Part shown: positions 52,971-63,880 of the stretch, piece by piece
How the letters are laid out: each line of letters opens with the position of its first letter
Position numbering within the stretch: position 1 is the first letter of the stretch
NCBI RefSeq assembly: GCF_049554935.1
Contig: NZ_CP186926.1
Location: forward strand, 160,001 to 224,000
Reading direction: 5' to 3'
Origin: Methanocaldococcus indicus
GTDB taxonomy: Archaea > AGJL01 > Methanococci > Methanococcales > Methanocaldococcaceae
DNA length: 64,000 bases
Made by a program: the position numbers and the translations under genes
Notes under the pieces: generated by a model
The model's input: the letters and a program-made list of their open reading frames with translations, nothing else
What the model was told of the DNA's origin: nothing
Database searches by the model: none

Positions 52971-53624
52971 TTAAAATATTCTTCCTTCTAAAATTCCTAA
53001 TTTTTCTTTGTGTTTTGGCATAGTTTTTGTGTAATTTAAACTTTTTAATGCTTCATAAGTTGCCATAGCAAAGTTGTATGTTGTTCTTGTCTCTCCAAAT
53101 GTTTTAGTCCAGACATCTTTAATTCCAGCTAATCCTAAAACTGCCTTAGCAACATCCCCAGCAACTAATCCAACTCCTTTAGGAGCAGGTAGTAAAATAA
53201 TAGCGGTACTTGAACATTTACCATATCCTTTATAAGGAACTGAATGAGGTGTTCCACAACCACATTCCCAAGAACCACAACCTCTTTTAACTCTAATAAT
53301 ATTTTTCTTTGCCTGTGCAATAGCTTTTCTTATTGCTGGCCCTACTTCCTTAGCTTTTCCTTTACCTACACCAACATATCCATTTCTATTTCCTACAACA
53401 ACAGTAGCTCTGAATCTTGCTCTTCTTCCAGATTTGTGCATTCTTTGGACTAATTTAACATCTAAAACTTTTTCTTCTAAATCTGGAATTAGAGCATCTA
53501 CTATTTCTGGCTCTAATATTGGTAAATTGTTATCTAATATATAATCTATATCAGTTATCTCTCCCTCTTTAACCATTTTTCCAATGGTTGTTTTAGGTTC
53601 CCACTCATCTATATTAAATCTCAT
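52971..53624 (-). CDS. rps5: 30S ribosomal protein S5
   Basis: [20 protein letters not shown]. Confidence 0.97.
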   Translation of the reverse strand: MRFNIDEWEPKTTIGKMVKEGEITDIDYILDNNLPILEPEIVDALIPDLEEKVLDVKLVQRMHKSGRRARFRATVVVGNRNGYVGVGKGKAKEVGPAIRKAIAQAKKNIIRVKRGCGSWECGCGTPHSVPYKGYGKCSSTAIILLPAPKGVGLVAGDVAKAVLGLAGIKDVWTKTFGETRTTYNFAMATYEALKSLNYTKTMPKHKEKLGILEGRIF

Positions 53625-53641
53625 ATTCTCACCTTAAAAAT

Positions 53642-54229
53642 TTAATATAGTTCATCTATTTTATTCTTAATTTCATCAAAATGTTCTGGTAAATCTTCAG
53701 GATTTAAACCTTTTTCTAAGTATTTTGAAAATTGTCTTTTGTATTTTTCTTCATCTTCCTCTTTTAACATTTCAGCATAAGCTTTTATATGCTCTCCTCT
53801 AATTCTTTCTTCTTCTGGAAGAATACTTTCTCCATGAGGAACATCTAAGCCTGCATCAACTGCTCCTTTTAAAATTGCAAATACTGCTGCTCCTTTTGTA
53901 GCTCTATGTAGTCCTATATCTAAGACAGCCTCTTTATAACCTTTTTGTAATGCTTTTTTACCTAATAAGTATCCTGTTAAATAAGCAGCAGGTAAGTTTC
54001 CACAATGTCCTTTATAGCCTAATTTTACTAACTCTCTTGAGTGAGCTGAAACAACTGTTCTATCTCCTTTTTCATCATATTCAATAATTTGAGCAATTAT
54101 ATGATTTAGTGTTTTTCTTGCAACTAATCTTGGCTTTCTTGATAACAACAATCTTAATCTTTTTCTATAATCTGTTTTTGCTTCTCTTCTTCTTCTGAAT
54201 TTTACTCTGTATGTTGGTTTATGTGCCAT
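53642..54229 (-). CDS. rpl18: 50S ribosomal protein L18
   Basis: [24 protein letters not shown]. Confidence 0.96.
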   Translation of the reverse strand: MAHKPTYRVKFRRRREAKTDYRKRLRLLLSRKPRLVARKTLNHIIAQIIEYDEKGDRTVVSAHSRELVKLGYKGHCGNLPAAYLTGYLLGKKALQKGYKEAVLDIGLHRATKGAAVFAILKGAVDAGLDVPHGESILPEEERIRGEHIKAYAEMLKEEDEEKYKRQFSKYLEKGLNPEDLPEHFDEIKNKIDELY

Positions 54230-54250
54230 ATGTGTTTCACCTTATAAAAA

Positions 54251-54700
54251 TTATTTTTTTAGTATTTCATGTTCTTCCATATAGAGGAAGAGGTGTGCTC
54301 TACTTCTGAAGTATCCTCCTTTTGCCATTCTATATAATTTCCTATATACATTTCTGTCTATTTGTCCATCATCTCTTAACTGTTTAAGAGTTTTTCTTAA
54401 AGCTCTTATAGTGTTCATCCATTTTTCTTTTGGAGGTGTTCTTGCACCTTTTGCTCCTCTTCTTGAACCAGGCCCTCTTCTTCTACCTTTCTTTCTCTGC
54501 TCTTTCAATTTTTTTACTCTTGCTGAACTAATTCCTTTCTTTTGGAGCTTTTTAATAACTCCTCTCTTAATCAAAGCTCTTATATCATCTCTTGATAAAG
54601 CTGCTTTTACATCTTCTAAATGTTCTGGGTCAATCCAAACTCTATCCAATCCACATTTTAATATTTCAGCAGCTATTCTTCTTTGAACTGAAACATCCAT
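54251..54700 (-). CDS. rpl19e: 50S ribosomal protein L19e
   Basis: QRRIAAEILKCG..RVWID, GSRRG, LYRMAKGG. Confidence 0.96.
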   Translation of the reverse strand: MDVSVQRRIAAEILKCGLDRVWIDPEHLEDVKAALSRDDIRALIKRGVIKKLQKKGISSARVKKLKEQRKKGRRRGPGSRRGAKGARTPPKEKWMNTIRALRKTLKQLRDDGQIDRNVYRKLYRMAKGGYFRSRAHLFLYMEEHEILKK

Positions 54701-54712
54701 AAAGATTCACCT

Positions 54713-55144
54713 TTATTCTGCTTTAACTTCTTCAACTTCTTCTTTAACTAATTTTAATAGCTCTTCCTGTTTTTCTTCTGAAATATTTAATATTCTTATA
54801 CCTAACTCTCTTGCTCTTTTAATAATCTCTATTTTTTTCTTTTTTCCAACTGTTGATGCAATTCTTGCTCCATCTGTTTCAGGATTTAAAGCTTCAAGTT
54901 CTTTAACATTATGAACCAATACATCTCTTAATCCTGATGGATGAAGACCTCTAACAGCCTTTGGAGCTCTATATCCAACACTAACAACTGCAGGTTTCTC
55001 TTTCCATTTTAATCTCATCTTGTTGTGTCTTCCTTTTGGTCTTCTCCATTTTTCTCCTAATCTTTTATGTCTATGAGCTTCTGTCCTTAAAAAATTAGGT
55101 TTTTTTCTTTTTAATTTAAATCTTAATCTTAACAATCTGTCCAT
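54713..55144 (-). CDS. rpl32e: 50S ribosomal protein L32e
   Basis: WRRPKG, GYR.P, RGLHPSG. Confidence 0.96.
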   Translation of the reverse strand: MDRLLRLRFKLKRKKPNFLRTEAHRHKRLGEKWRRPKGRHNKMRLKWKEKPAVVSVGYRAPKAVRGLHPSGLRDVLVHNVKELEALNPETDGARIASTVGKKKKIEIIKRARELGIRILNISEEKQEELLKLVKEEVEEVKAE

Positions 55145-55155
55145 GTTTCTCCACC

Positions 55156-55707
55156 TTAGATAGCTTTACCAGCTTTCTCAACAATATAAATTCCATCTTG
55201 GAATACTCTTGGGTCTCTATTTTTAATTTTAGTAGCTTGTTCAATATTTGCAGCTGTTTGTCCTACTTTCTCTTTATCTATTCCTGTAACAATAACATCT
55301 TCTCCACTAACTTTTACAGTTACTCCTTCTAATATTTTTGCTCTTCTTGGGTGTTTCTCTCCTAAGAAATTCTCAATAATAACTTCATTTCCTTTGACAT
55401 ATACTTTCATTGGGAAGTGTGCATATCTTATTTTTAATTTGTAAGTAAATCCTTCAGTTACTCCTTTAATCATATTTCTAATATGAGCAGCAATAGTTCC
55501 TAACATTGCCTTATCTTTTCTTTTAGGATATTCAACAAATACAACAACTTCATCATTTTCTTTTTTTATTCTTATTTTTGGATGAGAAAATTTTCTTCTT
55601 AATTCCTTGTTTCCACTTTTAACTATAACTTCATTGTCATCTTTAATCTCAACCTGAACATTTTCAGGAATTTTAATTCTCTCTTCCAAATAGACAGCAA
55701 CTGGCAT
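55156..55707 (-). CDS. rpl6: 50S ribosomal protein L6
   Basis: [23 protein letters not shown]. Confidence 0.96.
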   Translation of the reverse strand: MPVAVYLEERIKIPENVQVEIKDDNEVIVKSGNKELRRKFSHPKIRIKKENDEVVVFVEYPKRKDKAMLGTIAAHIRNMIKGVTEGFTYKLKIRYAHFPMKVYVKGNEVIIENFLGEKHPRRAKILEGVTVKVSGEDVIVTGIDKEKVGQTAANIEQATKIKNRDPRVFQDGIYIVEKAGKAI

Positions 55708-55747
55708 TGTTTCACCTTAAATAATTTATATATGCATTCATTAGTGT

Positions 55748-56140
55748 TTAATAAACATAAGCCAATAATCTTCCTCCTAATCCTCTTTTTTTAGCTTCAT
55801 CATGGCTCATAACTCCTTGAGTAGTGGAAACTATTAATATACCAAAATCTCTTGCTGGGAGATATCTTTTTTCATATTTTTCATAGTTGTCTTTTTTAAC
55901 TGGGAATCTTGGCTTTATTGCTCCACACTTGTTTATCTTTCCTATTAATTCAACTTTGAATATTCCAGCTCTTCCATCTTCTATAAATTCAAAATCTTTA
56001 ATATATCCGTGTTCTTTCATAACATTTAATACTCTTCCTATTAGTTTAGAAGCTGGTTTTATATAAACTACTTTCTTACCAACCATCTCACAGTTTGATA
56101 TATGTACTAATGCATTTGCTAATGGGTCTAATAGTGTCAT
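55748..56140 (-). CDS. rps8: 30S ribosomal protein S8
   Basis: [34 protein letters not shown]. Confidence 0.97.
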   Translation of the reverse strand: MTLLDPLANALVHISNCEMVGKKVVYIKPASKLIGRVLNVMKEHGYIKDFEFIEDGRAGIFKVELIGKINKCGAIKPRFPVKKDNYEKYEKRYLPARDFGILIVSTTQGVMSHDEAKKRGLGGRLLAYVY

Positions 56141-56168
56141 ATTCTCTCACCCTTAACTTGTAAATTTT

Positions 56169-56330
56169 TTAATCTAATTTTTTAAATCCTAATTTATGAG
56201 CAATTTCTCTAAAACATTGCCTACAAAGGTTTAATCCATACTTTCTTATTATTCCAAATCCTACATGACCACATCTCTCACAAGGTCTTACTCCATAACC
56301 ATATTTTCTTTTCCATGGTTTTTTTGCCAT
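56169..56330 (-). CDS. rps14: 30S ribosomal protein S14 type Z (53 aa, missed by ORF track)
   Basis: Hand translation [53 protein letters not shown]; lies between L5 and S8. Confidence 0.96.
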   Translation of the reverse strand: MAKKPWKRKYGYGVRPCERCGHVGFGIIRKYGLNLCRQCFREIAHKLGFKKLD

Positions 56331-56342
56331 ATTATCTCACCT

Positions 56343-56894
56343 CTATTCTTCTTCCCATCTTTCTACTTTTACACCAAAAGTCTTCTCAATAAATTCAATT
56401 GCTTCATCTCTTGTTAATCTGTGTCTTCTTGGAACTTTACTTCTTTTATATTTTCTTCTCATAACTCTAAATCCAGGTCTTTCTAATGTTACACATACAT
56501 CCATACCAAAAATACCTACCATAGGGTCATACTTTTGTCCTGGAAAGTCTATATGTTCATGAATACCAAATGAAAAGTTTCCAAATTCATCAAATGAATA
56601 GTCATAAAGTTTTTTACCTTCTTTTTCAAATGCTTGGAATGCTTGTTTTAAAAATTCTTCTGCTTTTTTACCCCTTAAAGTAACTTTTAAACCAATTGGT
56701 AATTTTTTTCTTATACCAAATGATGGATTTGTTTGTTTTGCTCTTGTTCTAATTGGTTTTTGTCCAGTTAATTCTTCTAAAACTTTTTCAGCTCTTGTTA
56801 ATCTATCACCACTCTCTCCAACACCCATATTCACAACTACTTTACCAATTCTTGGTTTTAGCATAGGATTCTTATTCCAAATTTCTTCAAACAT
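56343..56894 (-). CDS. rpl5: 50S ribosomal protein L5
   Basis: [30 protein letters not shown]. Confidence 0.97.
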   Translation of the reverse strand: MFEEIWNKNPMLKPRIGKVVVNMGVGESGDRLTRAEKVLEELTGQKPIRTRAKQTNPSFGIRKKLPIGLKVTLRGKKAEEFLKQAFQAFEKEGKKLYDYSFDEFGNFSFGIHEHIDFPGQKYDPMVGIFGMDVCVTLERPGFRVMRRKYKRSKVPRRHRLTRDEAIEFIEKTFGVKVERWEEE

Positions 56895-56906
56895 GTTTCA
56901 TCCCTC

Positions 56907-57644
56907 TTAATAGAGTTTTATAATTGGTTCCTCATCTCCTATAACAAAGACATAATCCTTAACTGTCTTAAATTTCTCTCCATCTTTTGTTTCAATAGTT
57001 ACAATATCCGGATATATTCCTCTTTTCTCTATTTCTATCAACTTACCAATCTCTCCAACGTGTTTCCCACCAGTAATATAAACTAATTTACCAACTTCTA
57101 ATGGGATATGTGCTTTAATTTCTTGGTTTGGTATTGAAATTAATAAAGTATCTCCTGTTTTATAGACATCTTCCTCAGCTTTTGTTGGGTCTGAAACTTT
57201 AATTAGGATATTTCTTCCATCATGTAAATTGAGTTGAATATGTCCTCCTTTAACAACTGTCTTATTTTTAATTTTACATAATTTTACATCTGGATTCTCA
57301 GTTGGATAGAGTTTAACTCTTCCTTTTCTGTCAAAAAGAACTCTATAATTTTCATTAGCATCTGGTAATGAGACAACATCCATAAATCCAACTGGTAATT
57401 TTTCTTCTTTTCTAACTCTTCCATCAACTAAAACTTTTCCCATTTTTATAATTTTTTTAGCTTCTCTTCTATTGTCTGCATATTTTAATAAATCTCTAAC
57501 AACTAACAATAAAGGTAATGACTCACTCATTGGATGTGCTCCTGGTAAGGGCCTAACAGTGAATTTTGCTACCTTTCTTGGCAATTCCCATCTAACTGGT
57601 GCAGCCAATCTTTTTAAATGTCTTTTTGGTCCTTTCTTTGCCAT
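56907..57644 (-). CDS. rps4e: 30S ribosomal protein S4e
   Basis: HLKRLAAP, VDGRVR, LHDGRN, TGGKHVG. Confidence 0.97.
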   Translation of the reverse strand: MAKKGPKRHLKRLAAPVRWELPRKVAKFTVRPLPGAHPMSESLPLLLVVRDLLKYADNRREAKKIIKMGKVLVDGRVRKEEKLPVGFMDVVSLPDANENYRVLFDRKGRVKLYPTENPDVKLCKIKNKTVVKGGHIQLNLHDGRNILIKVSDPTKAEEDVYKTGDTLLISIPNQEIKAHIPLEVGKLVYITGGKHVGEIGKLIEIEKRGIYPDIVTIETKDGEKFKTVKDYVFVIGDEEPIIKLY

Positions 57645-57998
57645 TTATTCCACCTTGAACCTTTTCTCATCTTTATCATAGAGTTTAATAATCATTACAT
57701 TAGATGGATGAATTGGATAAGGTACTTCTTTTCCATCTTGTTTTTTGTTGTTTGCTCCTTCAACAAAGATTCTATATCTTTTATAATCTACTTTTATTAC
57801 CTCCCCTTCTAGCCCTTTAAAGTTTCCTCTCATAATTCTTACAACATCTCCTTTTCTAACAGTTATTGCATTCTTACCTAATTTTTCTTTTAATTCTTTT
57901 GAAAGCATAGCTCTCATAACTTTTTTTCTTAAATGTTGAGGTGCATTAAATAAAGCTTTTCTTTGCTTTCTTGGCTGTTTTGATTTAGTAAAACTCAT
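57645..57998 (-). CDS. rpl24: 50S ribosomal protein L24
   Basis: [19 protein letters not shown] (KOW), IHPSNV. Confidence 0.96.
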   Translation of the reverse strand: MSFTKSKQPRKQRKALFNAPQHLRKKVMRAMLSKELKEKLGKNAITVRKGDVVRIMRGNFKGLEGEVIKVDYKRYRIFVEGANNKKQDGKEVPYPIHPSNVMIIKLYDKDEKRFKVE

Positions 57999-58009
57999 TT
58001 TTACTCACC

Positions 58010-58408
58010 TTAAACAATTATTTTAGCAATTCTTGCAATTCCTGGCCATCTTTCAGCTGCTTCTTTTGCAACAGGTCCTTTTATATCAGAACCCTTTGGA
58101 TTTCCATCTGGTGTAACTATTACAACTGCATTATCAAAGAACTTGACTCTTGTTCCATCTGGTCTTCTAATTTCTTTCTTTTGTCTTATTATTACAGCAG
58201 GCAAAACTTGTTTTCTCATTTCAGGTGTTCCTTTCTTTACAGTTACAATAACCATATCTCCTACTCCTGCTGATGGTAATCTATTAGCAACTCCTTTATA
58301 GTTCTTAACTGCAATAATTTGAACTTCTTTTGCTCCTGTGTTGTCTGCACATATACATCTTGCTCCAACAGGCAAACCTTTTGATGGTTTTGATGCAATA
58401 GCTTTCAT
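58010..58408 (-). CDS. rpl14: 50S ribosomal protein L14
   Basis: [27 protein letters not shown]. Confidence 0.97.
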   Translation of the reverse strand: MKAIASKPSKGLPVGARCICADNTGAKEVQIIAVKNYKGVANRLPSAGVGDMVIVTVKKGTPEMRKQVLPAVIIRQKKEIRRPDGTRVKFFDNAVVIVTPDGNPKGSDIKGPVAKEAAERWPGIARIAKIIV

Positions 58409-58431
58409 TATTTCTCCCTCACATTAATTAT

Positions 58432-58770
58432 TTATTTTTCGTGAATGTTTCCAAGTTTTTCAACTACAACAAATGATTTTGTTTTACTAATAGGCCTACA
58501 CTCCATAACTCTAACTATATCCCCTACTCTTGCATGAATACAAGGTGGGTTATGAGCAGCCAACTTGGAAGTTCTTTTTTCATATCTTTCATATTTTTTG
58601 ATGTACTTGATAATTTCTCTTTTTATAATAACTGTGTTGTGTGCTTTATCACTTACTACAACTCCAACAAAGCTTTGCCCTCTTACAGGAAGATTTCCAT
58701 GGAATGGGCAATTTTTATCATTACACTCATTTTCAGGAACTTTAACATTAATTCCTATATTTTTTGGCAT
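58432..58770 (-). CDS. rps17: 30S ribosomal protein S17
   Basis: [22 protein letters not shown]. Confidence 0.97.
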   Translation of the reverse strand: MPKNIGINVKVPENECNDKNCPFHGNLPVRGQSFVGVVVSDKAHNTVIIKREIIKYIKKYERYEKRTSKLAAHNPPCIHARVGDIVRVMECRPISKTKSFVVVEKLGNIHEK

Positions 58771-58835
58771 AGAATCACCTTTTCTGAATTTTTGGCTTAA
58801 TAAAATAAATAAAAAGGATATATAACATTAACGGT

Positions 58836-59120
58836 TTAGTATGGATAAAGAATTTTAAACTTCTTTTTTAATCTTTCTTCAGGTCTTCCAACCAAAAGTT
58901 TTCCAATTACTTTAACTTTACATTTTTTTAGATTAAAGAGAAAGATACAAACATCTTTTGGAACTTTAACGATTTTACCATTTTCCTTTTCAATTATTAG
59001 CATGTTTCTTGTTTCATCTACAACAGTTCCTTTTATACCTACTAAACACTTATTAGTTGAATCAACTATTTCAACATCTAAACCTATAAGCTCATGTCTT
59101 AATATATCTCTTGGATTCAT
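58836..59120 (-). CDS. rnp1: Ribonuclease P protein component 1 (Rpp29)
   Basis: HELIGL, GTVVDETRN, GRPEERLK; conserved position before S17. Confidence 0.93.
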   Translation of the reverse strand: MNPRDILRHELIGLDVEIVDSTNKCLVGIKGTVVDETRNMLIIEKENGKIVKVPKDVCIFLFNLKKCKVKVIGKLLVGRPEERLKKKFKILYPY

Positions 59121-59138
59121 ATATTTTCAACTGTTTGT

Positions 59139-59176
59139 GGGATAGGGTGTGCCTCTTATAAGAGGCATCCTATCCC
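59139..59176 (-). other. GC-rich stem-loop in the aIF1-rnp1 intergenic region
   Basis: Plus strand GGGATAGG-gtg-TGCCTCT-tata-AGAGGCA-t-CCTATCCC; 8-bp and 7-bp helices in a very AT-rich context. Confidence 0.75.
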
Positions 59177-59201
59177 TTTATTTTTTATAGAGAAAAGAGA
59201 G

Positions 59202-59513
59202 TTACTTAATAACTTCTATTGACTCTCTTGAGAATCCCATCTTAACAAGTTCTTCAACAACCTTTTTTCTATGGTCTCCTTGAAGTTCAATTGTGTTTCC
59301 TTTAACAGTACCTCCACAGGCACAAATATCTTTTAATTTCTTAGCAAGCTCTTTTAAATCTATTGCACTTGTGTCAAATCCCTCTATAATAGTCATAAGT
59401 TTTCCAAATCTTCTTTTAGTAACATAAATTTTTATTTTCTGTTCTTCCTTAGCTATTTCTTCACAAACACAAAGTTCTTTTGGTAATCCACATCTTGGAC
59501 AAATTTCTGGCAT
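59202..59513 (-). CDS. Translation initiation factor aIF-1 (SUI1 family)
   Basis: [27 protein letters not shown]. Confidence 0.93.
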   Translation of the reverse strand: MPEICPRCGLPKELCVCEEIAKEEQKIKIYVTKRRFGKLMTIIEGFDTSAIDLKELAKKLKDICACGGTVKGNTIELQGDHRKKVVEELVKMGFSRESIEVIK

Positions 59514-59589
59514 TACTGCACCTCGCAGCTAATAAAAATTTTTATGAATATAGAATATAGAACTAAGAATATAAATATTTTTTCTTTAA

Positions 59590-59808
59590 TTATTTATTTA
59601 AATTTTTTTGTCTCTTTTTTTCATTCATAATAGTTAAGATTCTCGCTATTGTTCTTCTAATTTCTCTCATTCTTCCTGGATTTGTTGGAGCTCCTGCAGC
59701 TGCCTTATGAGCCCTTTCTTTTAACAACTCTCTTTTTAATTCAACTAATTTCTTTTTCATCTCTTCTTCTGTCATTCCTCTAATTTCACTCGCTCTCAAT
59801 ATTGCCAT
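59590..59808 (-). CDS. rpl29: 50S ribosomal protein L29
   Basis: [24 protein letters not shown]. Confidence 0.96.
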   Translation of the reverse strand: MAILRASEIRGMTEEEMKKKLVELKRELLKERAHKAAAGAPTNPGRMREIRRTIARILTIMNEKKRQKNLNK

Positions 59809-60433
59809 TGTTATCTCCCTCTATAACTTCATGTTTTATTTCATCATCTTTTATTATAATTTCATCTGGTAAAACAACATCTGGTCTCATAATTTTAACA
59901 GTAACACCAATAACTCCAGGTTTTGTTAAAGCAATAGCTCTACCTTTATCAACTAACTCTTCAGCTGGTTCTCCACAGTGTTTCATATATCCAGCCATGA
60001 ACTTTTCTGTTCTTGCTCTTTCTCCTGTTAATTTTCCAGAAATTATAACAACAACCCCCTTAGCTCCTGCATTCATAACTCTTCTTACAGCTGTATGTCC
60101 GACTCTTCTGAAATGTTGTCCTCTTTCTAAGAATCTTGCAATTCTTTCAGCAACAACTTGAGCATCCAAGTCAGGATTTTCCACTTGTTTAACATCAATT
60201 TGTGGTTTTTCAACATTAAACTCTTTTATTAATGTTTCTGTTAATTCTCTTATTTTAGCTCCTCTTCTTCCAATAACTAATCCAGGTCTTTCTGCATATA
60301 TTGTTATTTTTGTTCCAACTGGTGTTTTTCTTATTTCACAATGACTGTATCCTGCTTTAACCAACTCTTTTTGGAAATATTCATCAATTAATAATCTTTT
60401 TACATTTTCTTTTACAAATGTTCTCTCAATCAT
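59786..60433 (-). CDS. rps3: 30S ribosomal protein S3
   Basis: KH domain [23 protein letters not shown]. Confidence 0.97.
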   Translation of the reverse strand: MIERTFVKENVKRLLIDEYFQKELVKAGYSHCEIRKTPVGTKITIYAERPGLVIGRRGAKIRELTETLIKEFNVEKPQIDVKQVENPDLDAQVVAERIARFLERGQHFRRVGHTAVRRVMNAGAKGVVVIISGKLTGERARTEKFMAGYMKHCGEPAEELVDKGRAIALTKPGVIGVTVKIMRPDVVLPDEIIIKDDEIKHEVIEGDNNGNIESE

Positions 60434-60907
60434 CTACTCCTCACCTTTTTCAACTCTTTCCTCTAATACAACTTGAATATGAACTGTTTCATAATACTTT
60501 GGTGTTGCTCTTCCATAAGCTCTTGGCATATATCTCTTTAAGGTTATTCCTTTATTTGCAGAGATGTGTTTAATGTATAATTTTTCTACATCTAAACCTT
60601 TATATTCAGCATTTGCTTTTGCATTTTCTAAAATCTTTAATATTGCTTTACTTGCTTTAACAGGATATCTTCCAGCAAACCATCCAAATTTACCTTTTCT
60701 ATGAGCAACTTTTCCATGATGTCTTCTAAATGGAACAAATCTTTTCATTGCTATAACATCTTCTAAATATTCCATTGCTTTTAATAAATCCATTCCATTA
60801 ATCTCTTTACAAATTTCTCTTGCGTGTTTTCTTGATATTGGAATATTTCTTCCCATAGCTTTTGCATTTTTTTCTGTAGTTTCTATCTTATACTTCAACT
60901 TACCCAT
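60434..60907 (-). CDS. rpl22: 50S ribosomal protein L22
   Basis: ISRKH..EIC, GRYPVKA, PRAYGRA. Confidence 0.96.
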   Translation of the reverse strand: MGKLKYKIETTEKNAKAMGRNIPISRKHAREICKEINGMDLLKAMEYLEDVIAMKRFVPFRRHHGKVAHRKGKFGWFAGRYPVKASKAILKILENAKANAEYKGLDVEKLYIKHISANKGITLKRYMPRAYGRATPKYYETVHIQVVLEERVEKGEE

Positions 60908-60995
60908 ATTACTCACCTTCAAAGGTTTAATATTATGTTTATAATTATATTAAAAGAGTTAGTTTATGAATAAGAAATTAATTTATAAAAATTTT

Positions 60996-61265
60996 TTATG
61001 CTAAGGAAACTTCAACTGTTTCAACACTTTCAACATCTTCTATTTTTGAAATTGCCTCTTCTAATGGCTCTGTTCCCCCTTCTCTCTCTTCCATTTCAAC
61101 AACAGCATATATTGAATATAAACCAAAAGCTAATGGCTCATCAAATAATCCTCTAACAGCAACATTTTGCTCTTCTAAAACTTTTTTAACTTTTTCTTTT
61201 AGCTCTTCTTTATTTACATCTGGACTTTTTGGCATAATTTTTAACTTAACTAATACATTTGCCAT
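60996..61265 (-). CDS. ef1b: Elongation factor 1-beta
   Basis: KIMP.SPDV, EPLAFGL, GGTE. Confidence 0.93.
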   Translation of the reverse strand: MANVLVKLKIMPKSPDVNKEELKEKVKKVLEEQNVAVRGLFDEPLAFGLYSIYAVVEMEEREGGTEPLEEAISKIEDVESVETVEVSLA

Positions 61266-61274
61266 TATTTTCAC

Positions 61275-61442
61275 CTATGGTCCTTCAAATCCACATTTTG
61301 GACATTTATATGGATTATTTAATTTTCTACACTTTTCACATCTAACTATTTCTTGCTCTCCACAGTTAGGACATAAGAATCTTGTAGCTTTCTCTCTTGG
61401 AGCTATTTCTCTATTACAACTTACACATACATATTTAGTCAT
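61275..61442 (-). CDS. 55-aa Zn-ribbon protein (DUF1610/HVO_2753-like, missed by ORF track)
   Basis: Hand translation [55 protein letters not shown]; conserved position upstream of aEF-1beta. Confidence 0.9.
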   Translation of the reverse strand: MTKYVCVSCNREIAPREKATRFLCPNCGEQEIVRCEKCRKLNNPYKCPKCGFEGP

Positions 61443-62074
61443 GGAACCACCTTTGTAAAGATAGTGTTTTCTCCATTTAAGAATTTTATTATTCTTTCAG
61501 GATGTTTCCCATTAAATATATAAGCAGTCATTTTAAACTTTCTAAGAAGTTTTGGAAACTCTATATCTACTGATGTCCATTCTTTAAGTTGAGAAGCTTT
61601 AACTTCTCTTAAAAGTTTTTGATTTTTATATATTCCATCTACATCAGTAGCAATAATAATGTCTTTAACATTTAATAACTTTCCTATATATAAACTTAAT
61701 GAATCTGATGTAATATCCCAAGAATGTTTAGCTATATCTATACTTAGCAATAAATTTGAAGGTAGTATAATAGAAATCTTATCATTATGTATATTTTTTT
61801 TCAAATCAAATAAAGTTGTATAGCACTTTATATCCCCTAACTCAGAGTAAATTTCCCCAACAAAATCCATAGATTTTATAGCCAACTTATGAGATAGAGA
61901 TGATGAAAGATTTAATTTTTTATCCACTTCCCTTACAGTGTTTGCAAAAACTCCTCCTCCTGGGACTATAACTATATATTTATCATTTTTAGAGGCATAT
62001 TCTTTTAAAGCTAAAAGTAAATCCTTAGAGTTATATAATAATGACCCACCAATTTTAATAAGAATCATAGTCAT
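61439..62074 (-). CDS. mfnE: Amino-acid-kinase family protein, probably the methanofuran pathway kinase
   Basis: [31 protein letters not shown]. Confidence 0.75.
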   Translation of the reverse strand: MTMILIKIGGSLLYNSKDLLLALKEYASKNDKYIVIVPGGGVFANTVREVDKKLNLSSSLSHKLAIKSMDFVGEIYSELGDIKCYTTLFDLKKNIHNDKISIILPSNLLLSIDIAKHSWDITSDSLSLYIGKLLNVKDIIIATDVDGIYKNQKLLREVKASQLKEWTSVDIEFPKLLRKFKMTAYIFNGKHPERIIKFLNGENTIFTKVVP

Positions 62075-62116
62075 ATATTCACCTTAAACTTTATTATTAA
62101 ATAAGATGGTGAGATA

Positions 62117-63289
62117 ATGAACATTATGGATAAAGAGAAAATGTATCACTTACAAGTTTATAAAAGATATCCTGTTGTATTTGTTAAAGGAAAAGGAATT
62201 AAATTATATGATACAAATAATAAAGAATATTTAGATTTTTTAGCTGGAATAAGTGTTGTCAATGCTGGACATTGTAATGAGAAGATTGTAGAAGCTATTA
62301 AAAAACAAGCAGAAGAGTTAATACATGTTTCTAATTTATTTTATACAATTCCACAGGTAGAATTAGCAGAAAGATTGGTTAATTTGAGTGGATTAAACAA
62401 AGTATTCTTTTGCAACAGTGGAGCAGAGAGTAATGAAGCAGCTATAAAGTTTATTAGAAAGTGGGGCAAGCAACATAATAAAGATAAGATAGTGAGTTTT
62501 TACAATTCTTTCCATGGCAGAACTTATGGAGCTCTATCAGCTACACCAAAAGACAAATTTAGAGAAGGTTTTGAACCATTTTTAGAAGGATTTGAGTATC
62601 TTCCATACAATGATGAAGAAAAAATAAAGGAGTTGGATAATAAAGTAGCTGGGATTATTTTAGAATTAGTTCAAGGGGAAGGTGGAGTAATTCCTGCTAA
62701 GGAAGAATTTATTAAAACTTTAAAAGATGTTTGTGAAGATAAGAATATACTTTTAGTTGTTGATGAAGTACAAACTGGAGTAGGAAGAACAGGAACATTC
62801 TTTGCTTATGAACAATATAATATAACTCCTAATATAGTAACATTAGCTAAGGCATTAGGTAATGGAGTTCCAATAGGAGCTGTTATCTTAGATGATGAAG
62901 TATCTAAATATATAAAATATGGAGACCATGGAACCACATTTGGAGGAAATCCATTAGTTTGTGCTGCAAGTTTAGCAACAATTGATATTATTTTAGAGTT
63001 AATAAAAAATAAAAAAGTTATTGAGAAAGGTAATTACTTCATAGATAAATTAAAAAAATTTGATTATGAATTTATTAGAGATGTTAGAGGAAAAGGTTTA
63101 ATGGTTGGAATAGAGTTAGAATTTAACGCCAATGATATAGTTAATAAGATGTTAAAGAAAGGATTTGTTATTAATGCTACATCAGATAAAGTTTTAAGGT
63201 TTTTACCTCCTTTAATTGTTGAAAAAGAACATATTGATTTAATGGTTGATAATTTAAAAGATGTTTTTGAGGAGATTAAAAATGATTGA
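62117..63289 (+). CDS. argD: Acetylornithine aminotransferase
   Basis: FCNSGAESNE, FHGRT, QGEGG, DEVQTG, TLAKALG, HGTTFGGNP, RFLPPL. Confidence 0.9.
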   Translation: MNIMDKEKMYHLQVYKRYPVVFVKGKGIKLYDTNNKEYLDFLAGISVVNAGHCNEKIVEAIKKQAEELIHVSNLFYTIPQVELAERLVNLSGLNKVFFCNSGAESNEAAIKFIRKWGKQHNKDKIVSFYNSFHGRTYGALSATPKDKFREGFEPFLEGFEYLPYNDEEKIKELDNKVAGIILELVQGEGGVIPAKEEFIKTLKDVCEDKNILLVVDEVQTGVGRTGTFFAYEQYNITPNIVTLAKALGNGVPIGAVILDDEVSKYIKYGDHGTTFGGNPLVCAASLATIDIILELIKNKKVIEKGNYFIDKLKKFDYEFIRDVRGKGLMVGIELEFNANDIVNKMLKKGFVINATSDKVLRFLPPLIVEKEHIDLMVDNLKDVFEEIKND

Positions 63290-63878
63290 GTATCTTGTTG
63301 AATTTTTAAAAAAGAAGGATGAAACAAGAGAAGAGATGATAAAGTTAGCAAGAGAAATAACCAAAGATTGCTCATTGTTAATTAGAGAAATTCACAAATC
63401 AAACAACAAAGATGAAATAGAGAAAAAGCTAAATGAAATTAAAGATAAAATAATACATTTAAATTCATTAGCAAAATATCCAGAGTTTGTTAAATACTTA
63501 GAGACTCCTCAACAGGAATATATTGAGGCATATTCATTATATAAGATAAAGTTTTTCAATGAGATTCCAAAATTTGATGAATTTGATTTTATTAGGGAGG
63601 AAAACTATATTTTAGGCTTAGCTGATGTAGTTGGTGAGTTAAGGAGAGAAGTTTTAGAGAATATGAAAGATGACAATGTTGAAGAAGTTGAAAAATACTA
63701 CAAATTTATGGAAGATATATATGATTTTTTAATGAACTTTGACTACTACCATGTTGTTGATAATCTGAGAAGAAAGCAGGATATATGTAGAGGAATATTG
63801 GAAAGGACTCATGGAGATATTGTTAATTTTATTGAAAACCTAAAATTAAGAAAAGAACTAAAAAAGATAAACAAATAA
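63282..63878 (+). CDS. Translin/Trax family protein
   Basis: QQEYIEA, YILGLADVVGELRR, LRRKQD; all-helical composition. Confidence 0.8.
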   Translation: MIEYLVEFLKKKDETREEMIKLAREITKDCSLLIREIHKSNNKDEIEKKLNEIKDKIIHLNSLAKYPEFVKYLETPQQEYIEAYSLYKIKFFNEIPKFDEFDFIREENYILGLADVVGELRREVLENMKDDNVEEVEKYYKFMEDIYDFLMNFDYYHVVDNLRRKQDICRGILERTHGDIVNFIENLKLRKELKKINK

Positions 63879-63880
63879 CA

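Noticed and set aside
59139-59176. Hairpin as SECIS element, tRNA fragment or intrinsic terminator
   Set aside because: No GAA/A internal loop and no nearby gene with an in-frame UGA; no cloverleaf; no U-tract on the transcribed strand
60908-60995. Absence of L3-L4-L23-L2-S19 upstream of L22
   Set aside because: As I recall, this split of the S10-like cluster is already known in Methanocaldococcus; not novel
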